Below are positions 36,581-46,014 of a stretch of DNA of 64,000 nucleotides, in pieces (position 1 is the first letter of the stretch; every line of letters starts with the position of its first letter). Under the pieces are notes generated by a model. It ran no database searches and was not told where the DNA came from. It was given only the letters and a program-made list of their open reading frames with translations. A program made the translations under genes and the position numbers. Origin of the DNA: Deltaproteobacteria bacterium. Its GTDB lineage: Bacteria > Myxococcota_A > Polyangia > Polyangiales > Houyiibacteriaceae. The stretch lies in the NCBI GenBank assembly GCA_034670305.1, contig JAXMNT010000002.1, positions 128,001 to 192,000 of the forward strand, written 5' to 3'.

Positions 36581-37682
36581 CGTCAGGCTTGTCTTCGTAC
36601 CAGTCCACGAACGCCCTCACCTCGCTCGCGTGCTGCCAGCGGTCACCGACCTGCCCACGCAGGTGGTCTGTCGGATCGTAGGAGTACAGGCGCTCGAGAT
36701 GTGGGAGCGCATCCGCGTGGTGGATCCGGTCGCCCGCGAGGATGACGCCGATGCGCCGCAACTGCTTCATCTTCGCGAGCGGTCGCAGATCGACGGTCAA
36801 CTCCGTTGCCCAACTGGTCAGCCAGAGTTCCTCGACACCAAGGCGAGAGAGCCCTTCGAGATCCCCGACATAGCCAACCTCGAGCGTCTTCAGGTTCGGG
36901 TGATGGGCCAGAACTTCGAGTGCCTCCGGGTCGGGCATCGTGTCGCCCAACACGAGCACCTCCAGGGTCGGCGAGACGGCTTTGGCGTGTGCGCCGGTGA
37001 AGTCGCTGTCGCCCAACGATGGGACGAGGTGGAGCCGCCGGAGGGACGCCATGGACTGAATCCGACTGGCGGACGGCACCGCCTCTCCCAAGACGTTCAA
37101 CTCTTCGAGCGTCTCCCAGCCCACCGAATCGCCGAGCGTCGGTACGTTCCGGCCCACGACGCGCAACGCGCGGAGCGACGACGGCAACCCAACAGCACTG
37201 CCCGGTTCAACCCTGTCGATCGACAATCTACGCAGCGAACTCGACTGCTCGAGGCACGCGCCACCGAGGACAGCCGTGCAGGCCCGAAGCACCAAGGTCT
37301 CGAGGTTCGGGAACTCGTGCAGCCCCTCGACTGAGATGGGGATGCGCTTCTTCTTCGTCAGCTGTCCGTCGATCGCGAGCGCAACCACTTGGTCTCGGAG
37401 CGTAGCGCCCACCGTACCTGCGGGCGCCGCGGCGATCAGACTCCGCATCGCCTGGCGGCGGTAGACCTGCAGGCGTGGTGACTTGAAGGCGCCCGTCGAT
37501 TGCAGACGCGCTTCGGTGATGTGCGGGTTCGAGTACTGGGTCCCCTCGAGCAGCGCGTCGAAGAGTGCAGGGTCCGCAAGTCCGGCGCAGAGTGCGGCGC
37601 CCTGCTCGATCTGCGCCGCGTCCTTGCTGAGCAGCAGCTTCTCCAGCTGCTTGCGCTGCTTTTTGTCCGTGGCAGCGCTCAG
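36573..37682 (-). CDS. Leucine-rich-repeat-like protein; start codon unresolved
   Basis: Repeated L..L.L/V motifs (FPNLETLVL, SSLRRLSI, SLRALRV, TLEELNV, SLRRLHL, PNLKTLEV); ORF open to 37808 but overlaps the upstream gene. Confidence 0.6.
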   Translation of the reverse strand: MSAATDKKQRKQLEKLLLSKDAAQIEQGAALCAGLADPALFDALLEGTQYSNPHITEARLQSTGAFKSPRLQVYRRQAMRSLIAAAPAGTVGATLRDQVVALAIDGQLTKKKRIPISVEGLHEFPNLETLVLRACTAVLGGACLEQSSSLRRLSIDRVEPGSAVGLPSSLRALRVVGRNVPTLGDSVGWETLEELNVLGEAVPSASRIQSMASLRRLHLVPSLGDSDFTGAHAKAVSPTLEVLVLGDTMPDPEALEVLAHHPNLKTLEVGYVGDLEGLSRLGVEELWLTSWATELTVDLRPLAKMKQLRRIGVILAGDRIHHADALPHLERLYSYDPTDHLRGQVGDRWQHASEVRAFVDWYEDKPDVN

Positions 37683-40600
37683 CGGTCGATTCCGATCGCC
37701 AATGCGTCGTCGTCCGCGGCCTGGGTTTGCGACGCCGAGGTGAGGATGTCGATGTTCACCGCCGCGTCGAGTTCGCGGTTGGTGATCGAGCCATGACAGG
37801 TGCCGCACAGTCCGTTGAAGAACCGGCGCGGGAACGATTGGGTGATCCGCTCGCCCGGGTAGAACTGCATCTGCTCTCGCTGGACCCGTTCACCGGTGAA
37901 CGCGTCGCCCTCCCCGAACATCAGCGCGCCGCCGTCTCCGTCGGTCGGCTGCAAGAGGACCGGCACGCCGCCTGGAAGTCGGATGCGGAGTGAGCTGTCG
38001 CCGTGGGTCGGGGCCCAGCCGAGCTCGTCGTAGCGCCGGTACACCATGCCGAACGCGTCCGTCACGACGTCGCCCGAGACTTCGCCAAACGAAGTCGTGC
38101 CGACAGGGGGCGGCTGCGGTTCGAACACCCGGAGTCCAGCCACCGCAGGATCGATCGGACGGCCGAGGCGCGCGTTCGCGAACAGGAGCGTGTCGAGCAA
38201 CCCCATGTCGAGGATGTGCACGTCCGCGTCGGGCGAATCGAAGAACTGCGACGCGCCGTTGGGCTCGTCGACTCGGGATGTGAAGATCTCGGCCGGCGCG
38301 GTCCGGCCGTACACGGCGACCGCATCCACGTTCGCCATGCCGGCGTCCCCACCGATGGAGCGCACGTTGCCCGTGTCCGGATCGACTTCGCACAATTCGA
38401 ACGCGTAGGGCCCTGCCCGCAGATCGGTCGCGCCGGGATCGCACGAGGCCAGGATGCGCCCGCTGGGAAGCGGCGCCACCGAGCGGTACACGCCTGTGGT
38501 GCCGGGACCGGCCGGTACGTCGGGGATGCGGCCGAACGCACCCGGCGCGGGCAGGTACATCGAGTGGATGTAGTCGCGGTCCATCGGCATGCGGTCGTCC
38601 TGGTCGGGGCCGATGGAGCGGTTCAGCACGACGATCGTGCCGACACCGTCGGTGGCGTCGAGCGGGCCGCCGATGAAGGCGAAGTTGCGGTCGGCGAGTT
38701 CCACCACGCCGGTCGCGGCCGGGAACCCGACGCTGTCGCGCTGCGCGAAGAGCGGGTGGTAGTCGCCACCGTCCAGGTTCTGACGGCGCAGCGCGAGTTG
38801 GTGAAAGTCCGGCTCGCGTTTCTCCGCGGTGAACACCAGGCGACCATCACCCATGAACGAAGGCGCGACCTCCTGGTTGAGCAGGAAGGTCAGTTCGCGG
38901 ACGCCCCCGTCCTCGCGCACGAAGAGGTTGGCGTTCGGCTGCATGGCGGCCGGCGTTCGGGTCGGGCCGGTGTAGCTCACGCGGCCCGAGAGATTGCCAC
39001 GGGTGCTCGCGAACACGAGGCGGCCATCGGGCGCAAACGCCGGATCGAAGTCGTGGATCAGCACACCGTTCGCTTCGGTCGCGCCCGCGTCCACGCCAGG
39101 GACAGGTTCGCAAGCGGTGCCATCCGCGTTCATCCACCACAGCCGAAGCGGTTCCGATGCCGAAGCACGGGCTGCAAACGCCACGCGCGTTCCGTCCCAG
39201 CTCACCGCCGGGCGCCGGATGTCCGCGCCGGGCGAGACGCCGCAGCCCCCGAGCAGACTCGTCGAGCCGGCCAGTGAGAGGGCTCCGTCCGCGGCCACGG
39301 TGGCGACGGCTTGTCGAAGGTCGGCGCCGCCGCGGAACGTGTCGAAGTCGCGGACGTCTCCGATGCCCGGCGGACGCGCGACGTAGACGACGGAGTCGAC
39401 GACCATCGCTTCGGGAAGCACCTCGCCGGACGCGATGGCCTCCTCGCGTTCGATCGCGTGCCAGCGGGCCAACACGCAGTACGCGGGGACCTCGTTCAGG
39501 TCGCCGGTGTCGGCATCGATCCCAGCGCAGGCCGCCGCGGTGGCGGGGTTGAGTGCGCCGCCCGAGCCGAAGTCTTCGAGGAGCGAGCCGCCTCGGTGGG
39601 CGATGCCACTGGCGCCACTGATCTGCGTGGCGGGGTAGAGGTTCTTGGCGACGATGCGGCTCGCGTTCGGATCCGGTGATTCCACCGCGAGCATCAAACG
39701 GGACATCTCGTAGTTGCGGCGGGTGGCGATGCGCGAGAACACCCCCTGGTCGCCGCCCCGGAGCCGCAGGTCGTGAAACATCGCGGGCGAGTGGCAGCCA
39801 AGAAACATGCAGCCCTTGCGCGCCAGCACCGGTTGCACCCGGTTGGCGAAGAACCGGAGCCCCGGATCGGGATCGGCATCGAGCAGCGAGTCGGGTGTGC
39901 GGGTCTCGAGGTCCTCGGCCCAGCGACGCAGGGTCTGGTAGTCGGCGTCTTCGGTGTTCGCGAAGATGTTGCCACCCTCGTGGAAGCTGCCGCCGGCCTG
40001 CGCGCTCAGCGGACGACGCAGCAGACCCGAAGTCGATGCGGGCGAGGTCACATGCGACAGCGCGACGTAGTAGTTCCACTGCAGTTGGGCGTCGTTGTTG
40101 CCGCAGGTGAGGTGCAGATCCGCGAACCCGCTCCCGTGGCAGCTCCCGCCGGCGCAGCGTTCGCGAAAGATGGGCGACACTTCGTTGCGGAAGATTTGGT
40201 ACGAGAGCGTGTCGGTGGGCACGACCGACGGATCGAATCCGTGCGGTGTCGTGATCTCCTCGGTGCAGGCACCACGGTTGGTCGCGAGCGACTCGTCCGG
40301 CACACCGGTCCGCTGGGAACTTTCGTCGATCCAACGTTTGATCTCGGAGTACCCGCTGGACCCGGTCTCGATGATGCTGCCCGCGTTGTGCCGGACGTCG
40401 GTCACCAGACGCGCGATCCGCGTCCCGCTGACCGGATCCGCATCCCAGACTTCGATCGGCAGGTCGACGTCGTCGCCCGCCTTGAGCAGCAGGAGCCCAA
40501 CCGGATACGGACCATACGAAGGAAGCACATCCGAGCGACGCATGAGCGCGTCGAACGAACTCAAGTCGAGGTTGCCGGTCGCGGCGCCGTCCAGATCGAT

Positions 40601-40843
40601 GTGACAGCCGTTGGTCTGCAGCGCGCACCCCACCGCGAACACCGGCTGGATGCGGTCGTCGTAGAAGGAGCCCGCCGGCGGCGGCACGTCCTCACAGCCG
40701 ACCAGTGGCAGTACGGCCGCGACCAACGCGCATTGCAGCACGACGCGAAGCCCCCGCGCGACACCGAACGGGGACGCGGTTCGGTGGAGGGCGCTGCGGG
40801 CGCTGGCGAGGTCGAAGGCCTGCTCGATCCGGGGCCGATTCAT
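37679..40843 (-). CDS. Multiheme c-type lipoprotein with TolB-like propeller and hydrazine-synthase-alpha-like C-terminal domain
   Basis: Lipobox LVGC; three F...(I/V).P.(F/L)...C-X4/6-CH domains; PAVSWDG..VAF, DFDPAFAPDGRLVFASTR, PSFMGDGR; DSS....P.GVP..LQ..D...QFYPGE...CGTCH. Confidence 0.8.
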   Translation of the reverse strand: MNRPRIEQAFDLASARSALHRTASPFGVARGLRVVLQCALVAAVLPLVGCEDVPPPAGSFYDDRIQPVFAVGCALQTNGCHIDLDGAATGNLDLSSFDALMRRSDVLPSYGPYPVGLLLLKAGDDVDLPIEVWDADPVSGTRIARLVTDVRHNAGSIIETGSSGYSEIKRWIDESSQRTGVPDESLATNRGACTEEITTPHGFDPSVVPTDTLSYQIFRNEVSPIFRERCAGGSCHGSGFADLHLTCGNNDAQLQWNYYVALSHVTSPASTSGLLRRPLSAQAGGSFHEGGNIFANTEDADYQTLRRWAEDLETRTPDSLLDADPDPGLRFFANRVQPVLARKGCMFLGCHSPAMFHDLRLRGGDQGVFSRIATRRNYEMSRLMLAVESPDPNASRIVAKNLYPATQISGASGIAHRGGSLLEDFGSGGALNPATAAACAGIDADTGDLNEVPAYCVLARWHAIEREEAIASGEVLPEAMVVDSVVYVARPPGIGDVRDFDTFRGGADLRQAVATVAADGALSLAGSTSLLGGCGVSPGADIRRPAVSWDGTRVAFAARASASEPLRLWWMNADGTACEPVPGVDAGATEANGVLIHDFDPAFAPDGRLVFASTRGNLSGRVSYTGPTRTPAAMQPNANLFVREDGGVRELTFLLNQEVAPSFMGDGRLVFTAEKREPDFHQLALRRQNLDGGDYHPLFAQRDSVGFPAATGVVELADRNFAFIGGPLDATDGVGTIVVLNRSIGPDQDDRMPMDRDYIHSMYLPAPGAFGRIPDVPAGPGTTGVYRSVAPLPSGRILASCDPGATDLRAGPYAFELCEVDPDTGNVRSIGGDAGMANVDAVAVYGRTAPAEIFTSRVDEPNGASQFFDSPDADVHILDMGLLDTLLFANARLGRPIDPAVAGLRVFEPQPPPVGTTSFGEVSGDVVTDAFGMVYRRYDELGWAPTHGDSSLRIRLPGGVPVLLQPTDGDGGALMFGEGDAFTGERVQREQMQFYPGERITQSFPRRFFNGLCGTCHGSITNRELDAAVNIDILTSASQTQAADDDALAIGIDR

Positions 40844-40897
40844 AGGGGGAGTTTCGCACGTTCGCCCGCCCTGATGCGACCCCAACCCGCACAGGGG

Positions 40898-42727
40898 TCA
40901 TTCTTCCGGGGTGAGCCGGGCGTCGAGCAACTTCTCGAGTTCTTCGCGGGTGACGCCGAGTCGGCTCGCCACCTGCGAGGCAAGGCTCGTCGGGGCCACG
41001 CCTGGGACGAACTGGTAGGTGGGCGTCTCGCCGTCGAGCTCGACCTGAAGGAACTCGAGCCGCTCCACGAGCGCGTCCTGTTCGAGTGCGCGCGCGGCGT
41101 CGAGAAAGTGGGTGGTGAGAAACACTTGCGGGCGCGCGCGAGGCAGCAGCGAGAGCACCAGCTCGAAGATGGCGATGCCTTCGCCCGGGTTGGTGCCGGA
41201 GCAGAGCTCGTCCAAGATCACGAGTGCGCCAGGTCGAAGCGTCTCGAAGAGCCGCCGCACCCGCCGCAGCTCCGTGCCGAGCCGCCCCTCGCTCTGGTCC
41301 GCGCGACCGGTCTCGATGAGCGACAGAAACATGCCCGGCGCGGGCACGAGCCGCGCCGACGCCGCTGGTACGTAGAACCCGCCCTGCCCGAGCAACTGCG
41401 CGATCCCGATCGCCTGAAGCAAGCGCGTCTTGCCGCCGGAGTTCGGACCGGTGACCAGCACGAGCCCATCCGGATGTTTGGGCGCGAGGTCGCAGGGCAC
41501 CGGCGGTACCCGTTGCAGGAACAACAGCGGATTGAAGAGCCGTTTCATCGCGGCCGGTTTGTCGGAGGACATCTCTGCCAGACACGTCTGCAGCCCCTGC
41601 TGCCGCGCGACGGTTCGAAATCCGAGCGCCGCCAGGTAGACCTCGAGCTGGCCCACCAGTCGAAAACACGGAAGCACGAGATCTTCGAGGTCCTCGAACA
41701 CTTCGTCGATGACCTTGAGCAGGACTTCGTTCTCGCCGTAGCGGTAGCCGCGGATCCACGCGCGCAGCCGGGTGAAGAAACGCGACCACGCCGAACGCAC
41801 GTGTGGGTTGAGGGTGTTCTCCTTGGCGCGGAGCAACTCGAAGTCGCGAATCTTTCCGTCCGCGGCCAGCACCAGGCGCACTTCGACCGTCGCCAAGTTC
41901 GATTCGAAATCGAGGATCTGTTCGAGCCGCTGCACGACGCCACTGCCTCGGACGGATTCCCCGAGCTCCACGATGCGCCGAAGCGCGGAGGTCGAGTTGG
42001 CAAGCGCAGCGGACTCGTCGAGAAACGTCTTGAGGGTGGTGAGAACATCGATCTTTCGACGCACCGTCTCGTCCGGCAGCATCGCGCGTTCATCGAGCAG
42101 CGTGCGCAGCCGACGCAGCGAGAGGTACACCCGCTCGACCGAGCCACGGAGCTCGGCGTTTGACTCGAGTTCCCGAAGCACCCCCTGCCGGAGGGCGACG
42201 TCCCGCGCATCGATCGGAGGATGGGTGAGCACCCGTTCCAGGTGACCGAGGCTGGGTTGAAACCGTTGTTCGTCGATGACGATCGGGAAGGCCTCGGACA
42301 ACAGCTCCCGCAGGAACAGGCCGTCCGAGAAGGTGTCGGGGTCGAACTCAGAGGGGGCGAGTTTGCCCTCCTCGACGACCAACTCGAGCAGGCCTCCCGC
42401 GTCGCCGCTCTCGAACGCGAAGCGGAGCGCCTGCCGCAACACCTCGACGCCTTCCACCGCGAGGGGCGTGTGGTGCAACACATCCACCCAGCCCTCGGTC
42501 AGAGGCTTCGGAACGAGTGGTGGAACACCTTGCTCTTGGACCGAAGGTCCCCTCTCCCGTTCCGCCGCCTTCGCGCGGGCCTTCCGGCGGTCGCGTTCGC
42601 GGGGGGAACGCCAACTGGTCGAGGTCTTCGAGAACTCCACAAAAACACCTTCGCACATTCCCGGCCCCGAGGGGCCTGGCTCGCTTCGCGAAACCGGGGG
42701 CACCACAAACAACGAGGGCTCCGACAT
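40898..42727 (-). CDS. MutS-related ATPase (domain V with helical N-terminal part; no mismatch-recognition or Smr domain seen)
   Basis: LFNPLL, TGPNSGGKT (Walker A), EGRLGTEL, LVILDELCSGTNP.EG, TTHF, YQFVPG....S.A..VA..LG; start uncertain. Confidence 0.88.
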   Translation of the reverse strand: MSEPSLFVVPPVSRSEPGPSGPGMCEGVFVEFSKTSTSWRSPRERDRRKARAKAAERERGPSVQEQGVPPLVPKPLTEGWVDVLHHTPLAVEGVEVLRQALRFAFESGDAGGLLELVVEEGKLAPSEFDPDTFSDGLFLRELLSEAFPIVIDEQRFQPSLGHLERVLTHPPIDARDVALRQGVLRELESNAELRGSVERVYLSLRRLRTLLDERAMLPDETVRRKIDVLTTLKTFLDESAALANSTSALRRIVELGESVRGSGVVQRLEQILDFESNLATVEVRLVLAADGKIRDFELLRAKENTLNPHVRSAWSRFFTRLRAWIRGYRYGENEVLLKVIDEVFEDLEDLVLPCFRLVGQLEVYLAALGFRTVARQQGLQTCLAEMSSDKPAAMKRLFNPLLFLQRVPPVPCDLAPKHPDGLVLVTGPNSGGKTRLLQAIGIAQLLGQGGFYVPAASARLVPAPGMFLSLIETGRADQSEGRLGTELRRVRRLFETLRPGALVILDELCSGTNPGEGIAIFELVLSLLPRARPQVFLTTHFLDAARALEQDALVERLEFLQVELDGETPTYQFVPGVAPTSLASQVASRLGVTREELEKLLDARLTPEE

Positions 42728-42813
42728 CCGTCGAAGCCCTCGGTTCCCCCTGTTGGACCGAACTGTCGGTCAGAACATCGGGTGTGGTTGGGCACGCGGA
42801 CGCGCCCTCCCAC

Positions 42814-43704
42814 TCAGCGCATCTGAATCGCTACGTTGATGGCGTCCCGAACGATCGAGACCTCCTCGACGGTGGACGCTTCGCGAAGCGCCGCGCGGGC
42901 GTCCGCTCCACCGACGCGGCCAAGGGCCCACGCGGCGGCCTGGCGAACCAGGTTGTCGCTGTCGCTTCGGAGCATGCCAGCCAGGGCCGGCACCGCTTCG
43001 GCGACACGCTTCGCTCCGAGCAGACGGGCCGAGCGCATACGGATGTACGCGTCGTCGTCGCCGAGCGTGGTCATGAGCGCGTCGTCTTCCCGGAAGAAGT
43101 TGACGAGCAGGACCTGGTCAAGCGCGGCACGCCGCACTTCGTTCGCGGTGTCACCGAGACCGGCCGCGATCGTGGCGTTGCCGCCCGGGTGGTTGAGCCG
43201 ACCGAGGGCTCGAATCACCGCTTCGCGAACCACCGGTTCGCCATCCGTTTCGAACGCCGTCACGAGGGGCGTGAGGCCACCCGCGTCGAGGAACTCACCG
43301 ATGGCGCTGGCTGCCCGAGCCCGTCGCGTCGCGTCCGCATCCGTCGCCAGGACAGCCTTCATGCGGTTCATGATGGCGCCGATGGCGAACGGGCGGTGAC
43401 GAAGCCACCAAGCCGAGATGCGGCGGGTCTCCGCGTTCGAGTCCTCGAGCAGCTTCTGCTCGAGGAGCGGCACGCAGGCGTGACACTCGACGCGCTCGCC
43501 GTACTCCAGCATCGCTTCGAGCGTGGTCGGCGCGGCGCTTCGGATGGCGTTCATGAGCTGCGCCTGGGTGGGCGCGCCCGTACCGGGGCTCAGTTCACCC
43601 CGCGCACGGTCGTGCGGGATCTCCTGAGCTTGGGTGGAGGTGCTGAGACCAGCGACCGCGAGCATCGCGGCGAGTCCCAGCAATGTTGCGTTTCGCTTGT
43701 TCAT
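42814..43704 (-). CDS. Secreted HEAT-repeat protein with a CxxC motif
   Basis: Signal peptide MNKRNATLLGLAAMLAVAGLSTSTQAQ; ECHAC; repeated VR..A..ALG HEAT units. Confidence 0.85.
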   Translation of the reverse strand: MNKRNATLLGLAAMLAVAGLSTSTQAQEIPHDRARGELSPGTGAPTQAQLMNAIRSAAPTTLEAMLEYGERVECHACVPLLEQKLLEDSNAETRRISAWWLRHRPFAIGAIMNRMKAVLATDADATRRARAASAIGEFLDAGGLTPLVTAFETDGEPVVREAVIRALGRLNHPGGNATIAAGLGDTANEVRRAALDQVLLVNFFREDDALMTTLGDDDAYIRMRSARLLGAKRVAEAVPALAGMLRSDSDNLVRQAAAWALGRVGGADARAALREASTVEEVSIVRDAINVAIQMR

Positions 43705-43752
43705 CGTTTGCACCTTGTCGTTCGTGGTTGAGGTTGAGGTTCGAAGCATGGC

Positions 43753-46014
43753 TCAGTCCTCGTACTCGACGGCACCCCAGGCAGCGGCACCTTCAACGTT
43801 CTTGCGTGACCAGAACTGCCCACCGAGGTCGGCCATCTGGATGAGGATCAAACGATCCTCGCGGGAGAGGGTCGTGCCAGCGACATCCTCGAGGTGACCG
43901 ACACCGTCGAAGGCCCAGCGGCTCGGGTCCGCTTGCGAGTTGGCGTTGACGACTTCGATGAGACGCGAGGTGCGCGCGAGACCGGGCGTGACCCACTCGG
44001 GCGGCACATCGCCGACTGCGATGGAGTCGCCCATCATGGCCGACGGGTAGAGCAGCGAGACGTAGGACGCCGGGTACTCCGCGACTTCGTTCTCGTAGTA
44101 GGCGGTGACCGGGACGTCGGTGAGCAAGAGGTACGGAATGTCGTACTCGAGCATCTCGCCGTCCATGGTGGTGACCTGAACCTGGTAGGTGCGGCCCGCG
44201 TACATGTCCATCTCGCCGCCATCGTGGCAGGAGATGCAGTTGTCGTTGAAGACGTCCTGCACGTTGCGCGCGCTCGGTGCGCCGATCCACGGCAGCTCCG
44301 TGCGGTCCGGGATGGCCAGGTCGAACTCTTCCGGTCCGGCCTGCTGCGCAAGCGTGGTGGCACCGACGCGGGGAAGCACCTGACCGGTGCGATCCTCGTG
44401 GCAGCCGCCGCAGCGTCGCTCTTCACCCGGCATCGCCTGGATCCAGAGCATCTGGTTCCGGATGGCCATGCCGTACTCGTCGAGCGCCTGAAGGTGGTAC
44501 GGAAGCCGCGAGGGCACTTCCGCTTCCCAGGAGCCGTCTTCGTAGACCGTGGCTTCACCCACGATGGCGCCGCCTTCGTGCATGGTGAGACCGAACTCGC
44601 GGAAGCCGCCGCCGATCTCCGTCGAGAAGCCTTCGATGATGCGGACCGCGACGGTCTCGTCGAGTGCCGCGTCGAGCGTCATGCCGTCGAGCGAAGCCCC
44701 GCGCACCGTCTCGTTGAGACCGGTGATGGTGACGTCGATCGAGCCGAGGATGGACGGCGTGGAGGGGTCGGGCGCCGGCTCGAGCACACCGGCGTGAACC
44801 GGGGGGATGTCGCGGGGCGCGATCGGAATCGCGTAGGTGTCCCAGGTGTCGGGCTCGTCGAACACGAGCGTGCGGCGACGGGTCTCGGGGTCCCAGAGGT
44901 AGATGCCGAAGTCCGGCGCCGTCTCTGCGAGCTCGTTGCGCTCGTTCACGTCACCGTCGGCCCAAGCCACCAGGAACTGACCGTTGTCGAGCGGGAACGG
45001 ACGACGGTAGCGGCCCACACCGGAGGGCGGGCTCTCTTCGTCGCGCGGCACGTTGGGCGTGAGCACTTCGAAGGTCGCGTTCTGCTCGTCGAGCACCACA
45101 CCGGCCACTCCGCCACCCGCGCGGGCGTCGAGGTGAACCATGGCACCGGCCTGAATCGTTCCGCGACGGCTCGTCGCGATGCCGATGTACTGGCCTTCCG
45201 AGATCTCGTGGAACTGCACGAGGCTGTTGGACGGCTTGCCGCCCGTGCCACCGAGACCGACCATCTGGGTGCAGTCGGTGTTCATCGTCATCAGCTTCAC
45301 GTCGTTGACGGGGCCAAGGTGCTCCCAGCGAGAGAAGCCGACGCGGCCATCGCTCATGAGGAACGGGTCGGCCGAGTGGCTGAGGTTCTGCGCGCAGAGC
45401 CGACGGTCGGCGTCGCCGATCATCAGGCTCACGGTGGCGATCTGAGTGACCACGCGAGAGTGGTTGTACTCGTCCGCGCGGGTGCCCATTTCGGTGTAGG
45501 GCTGGTTGGTCACGAACGCGACGCGGTCGCCCGGTACGAAGACCGGTTTGACGTCGTGCCAGTCACCGAACGTGAGCTGGCGAATGTTCGCCGGCCCTTC
45601 CACGTTCGCCACATACAGGTGGTAGTGGCTGTCGGCGGCGTGGCGCATCGCGAACACGACCTGGGAGCCATCGAAGCTCAGGTCGATGCCGCTGATGTCG
45701 ACACCGTCGATCGGCGAACCATCGGTCCACGTCTCCGTGAGGTTCCGAAGTTCACCGGTTGGGGTGGGTGGTGTCAGCGTGTACACGCCGCCACCGGGCA
45801 CGTACCGCAAGTAGTCGATGGTTTGGTTCGAGCCGCCCGCAACGTTGTGGTCACCATCTGGGGTGACGAACGCGCGACGCACAAACACCATCGCCTGAAC
45901 ACCAGGCAAAACACTCTCGCCAGGGTCACCGTTCCCGCAACCTGGCAAAGCCAGGCTAGGTACCGCGAGCCCCACCGTGAGCGCGATCATCATTATTCGA
46001 GAGCGATAACTCAT
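43753..46014 (-). CDS. Hydrazine synthase alpha-subunit-related diheme lipoprotein (beta-propeller + HZS-alpha middle domain + cytochrome c)
   Basis: GGAGG RBS before ATG 46014; lipobox LPGC; LSFDG..VVFAM, RQLT, D..P..., DEY, P..MSDGR..FSRWEH; DGSW.AEVP...PY.LQALD..GMA......W....PGE.R.CGGCHE; second CISCH. Confidence 0.85.
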   Translation of the reverse strand: MSYRSRIMMIALTVGLAVPSLALPGCGNGDPGESVLPGVQAMVFVRRAFVTPDGDHNVAGGSNQTIDYLRYVPGGGVYTLTPPTPTGELRNLTETWTDGSPIDGVDISGIDLSFDGSQVVFAMRHAADSHYHLYVANVEGPANIRQLTFGDWHDVKPVFVPGDRVAFVTNQPYTEMGTRADEYNHSRVVTQIATVSLMIGDADRRLCAQNLSHSADPFLMSDGRVGFSRWEHLGPVNDVKLMTMNTDCTQMVGLGGTGGKPSNSLVQFHEISEGQYIGIATSRRGTIQAGAMVHLDARAGGGVAGVVLDEQNATFEVLTPNVPRDEESPPSGVGRYRRPFPLDNGQFLVAWADGDVNERNELAETAPDFGIYLWDPETRRRTLVFDEPDTWDTYAIPIAPRDIPPVHAGVLEPAPDPSTPSILGSIDVTITGLNETVRGASLDGMTLDAALDETVAVRIIEGFSTEIGGGFREFGLTMHEGGAIVGEATVYEDGSWEAEVPSRLPYHLQALDEYGMAIRNQMLWIQAMPGEERRCGGCHEDRTGQVLPRVGATTLAQQAGPEEFDLAIPDRTELPWIGAPSARNVQDVFNDNCISCHDGGEMDMYAGRTYQVQVTTMDGEMLEYDIPYLLLTDVPVTAYYENEVAEYPASYVSLLYPSAMMGDSIAVGDVPPEWVTPGLARTSRLIEVVNANSQADPSRWAFDGVGHLEDVAGTTLSREDRLILIQMADLGGQFWSRKNVEGAAAWGAVEYED

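Noticed and set aside
37679-46014. Genuine anammox hydrazine synthase operon
   Set aside because: Only alpha-like architecture is seen; no beta/gamma-like subunits or other anammox genes, and the context is myxobacterial
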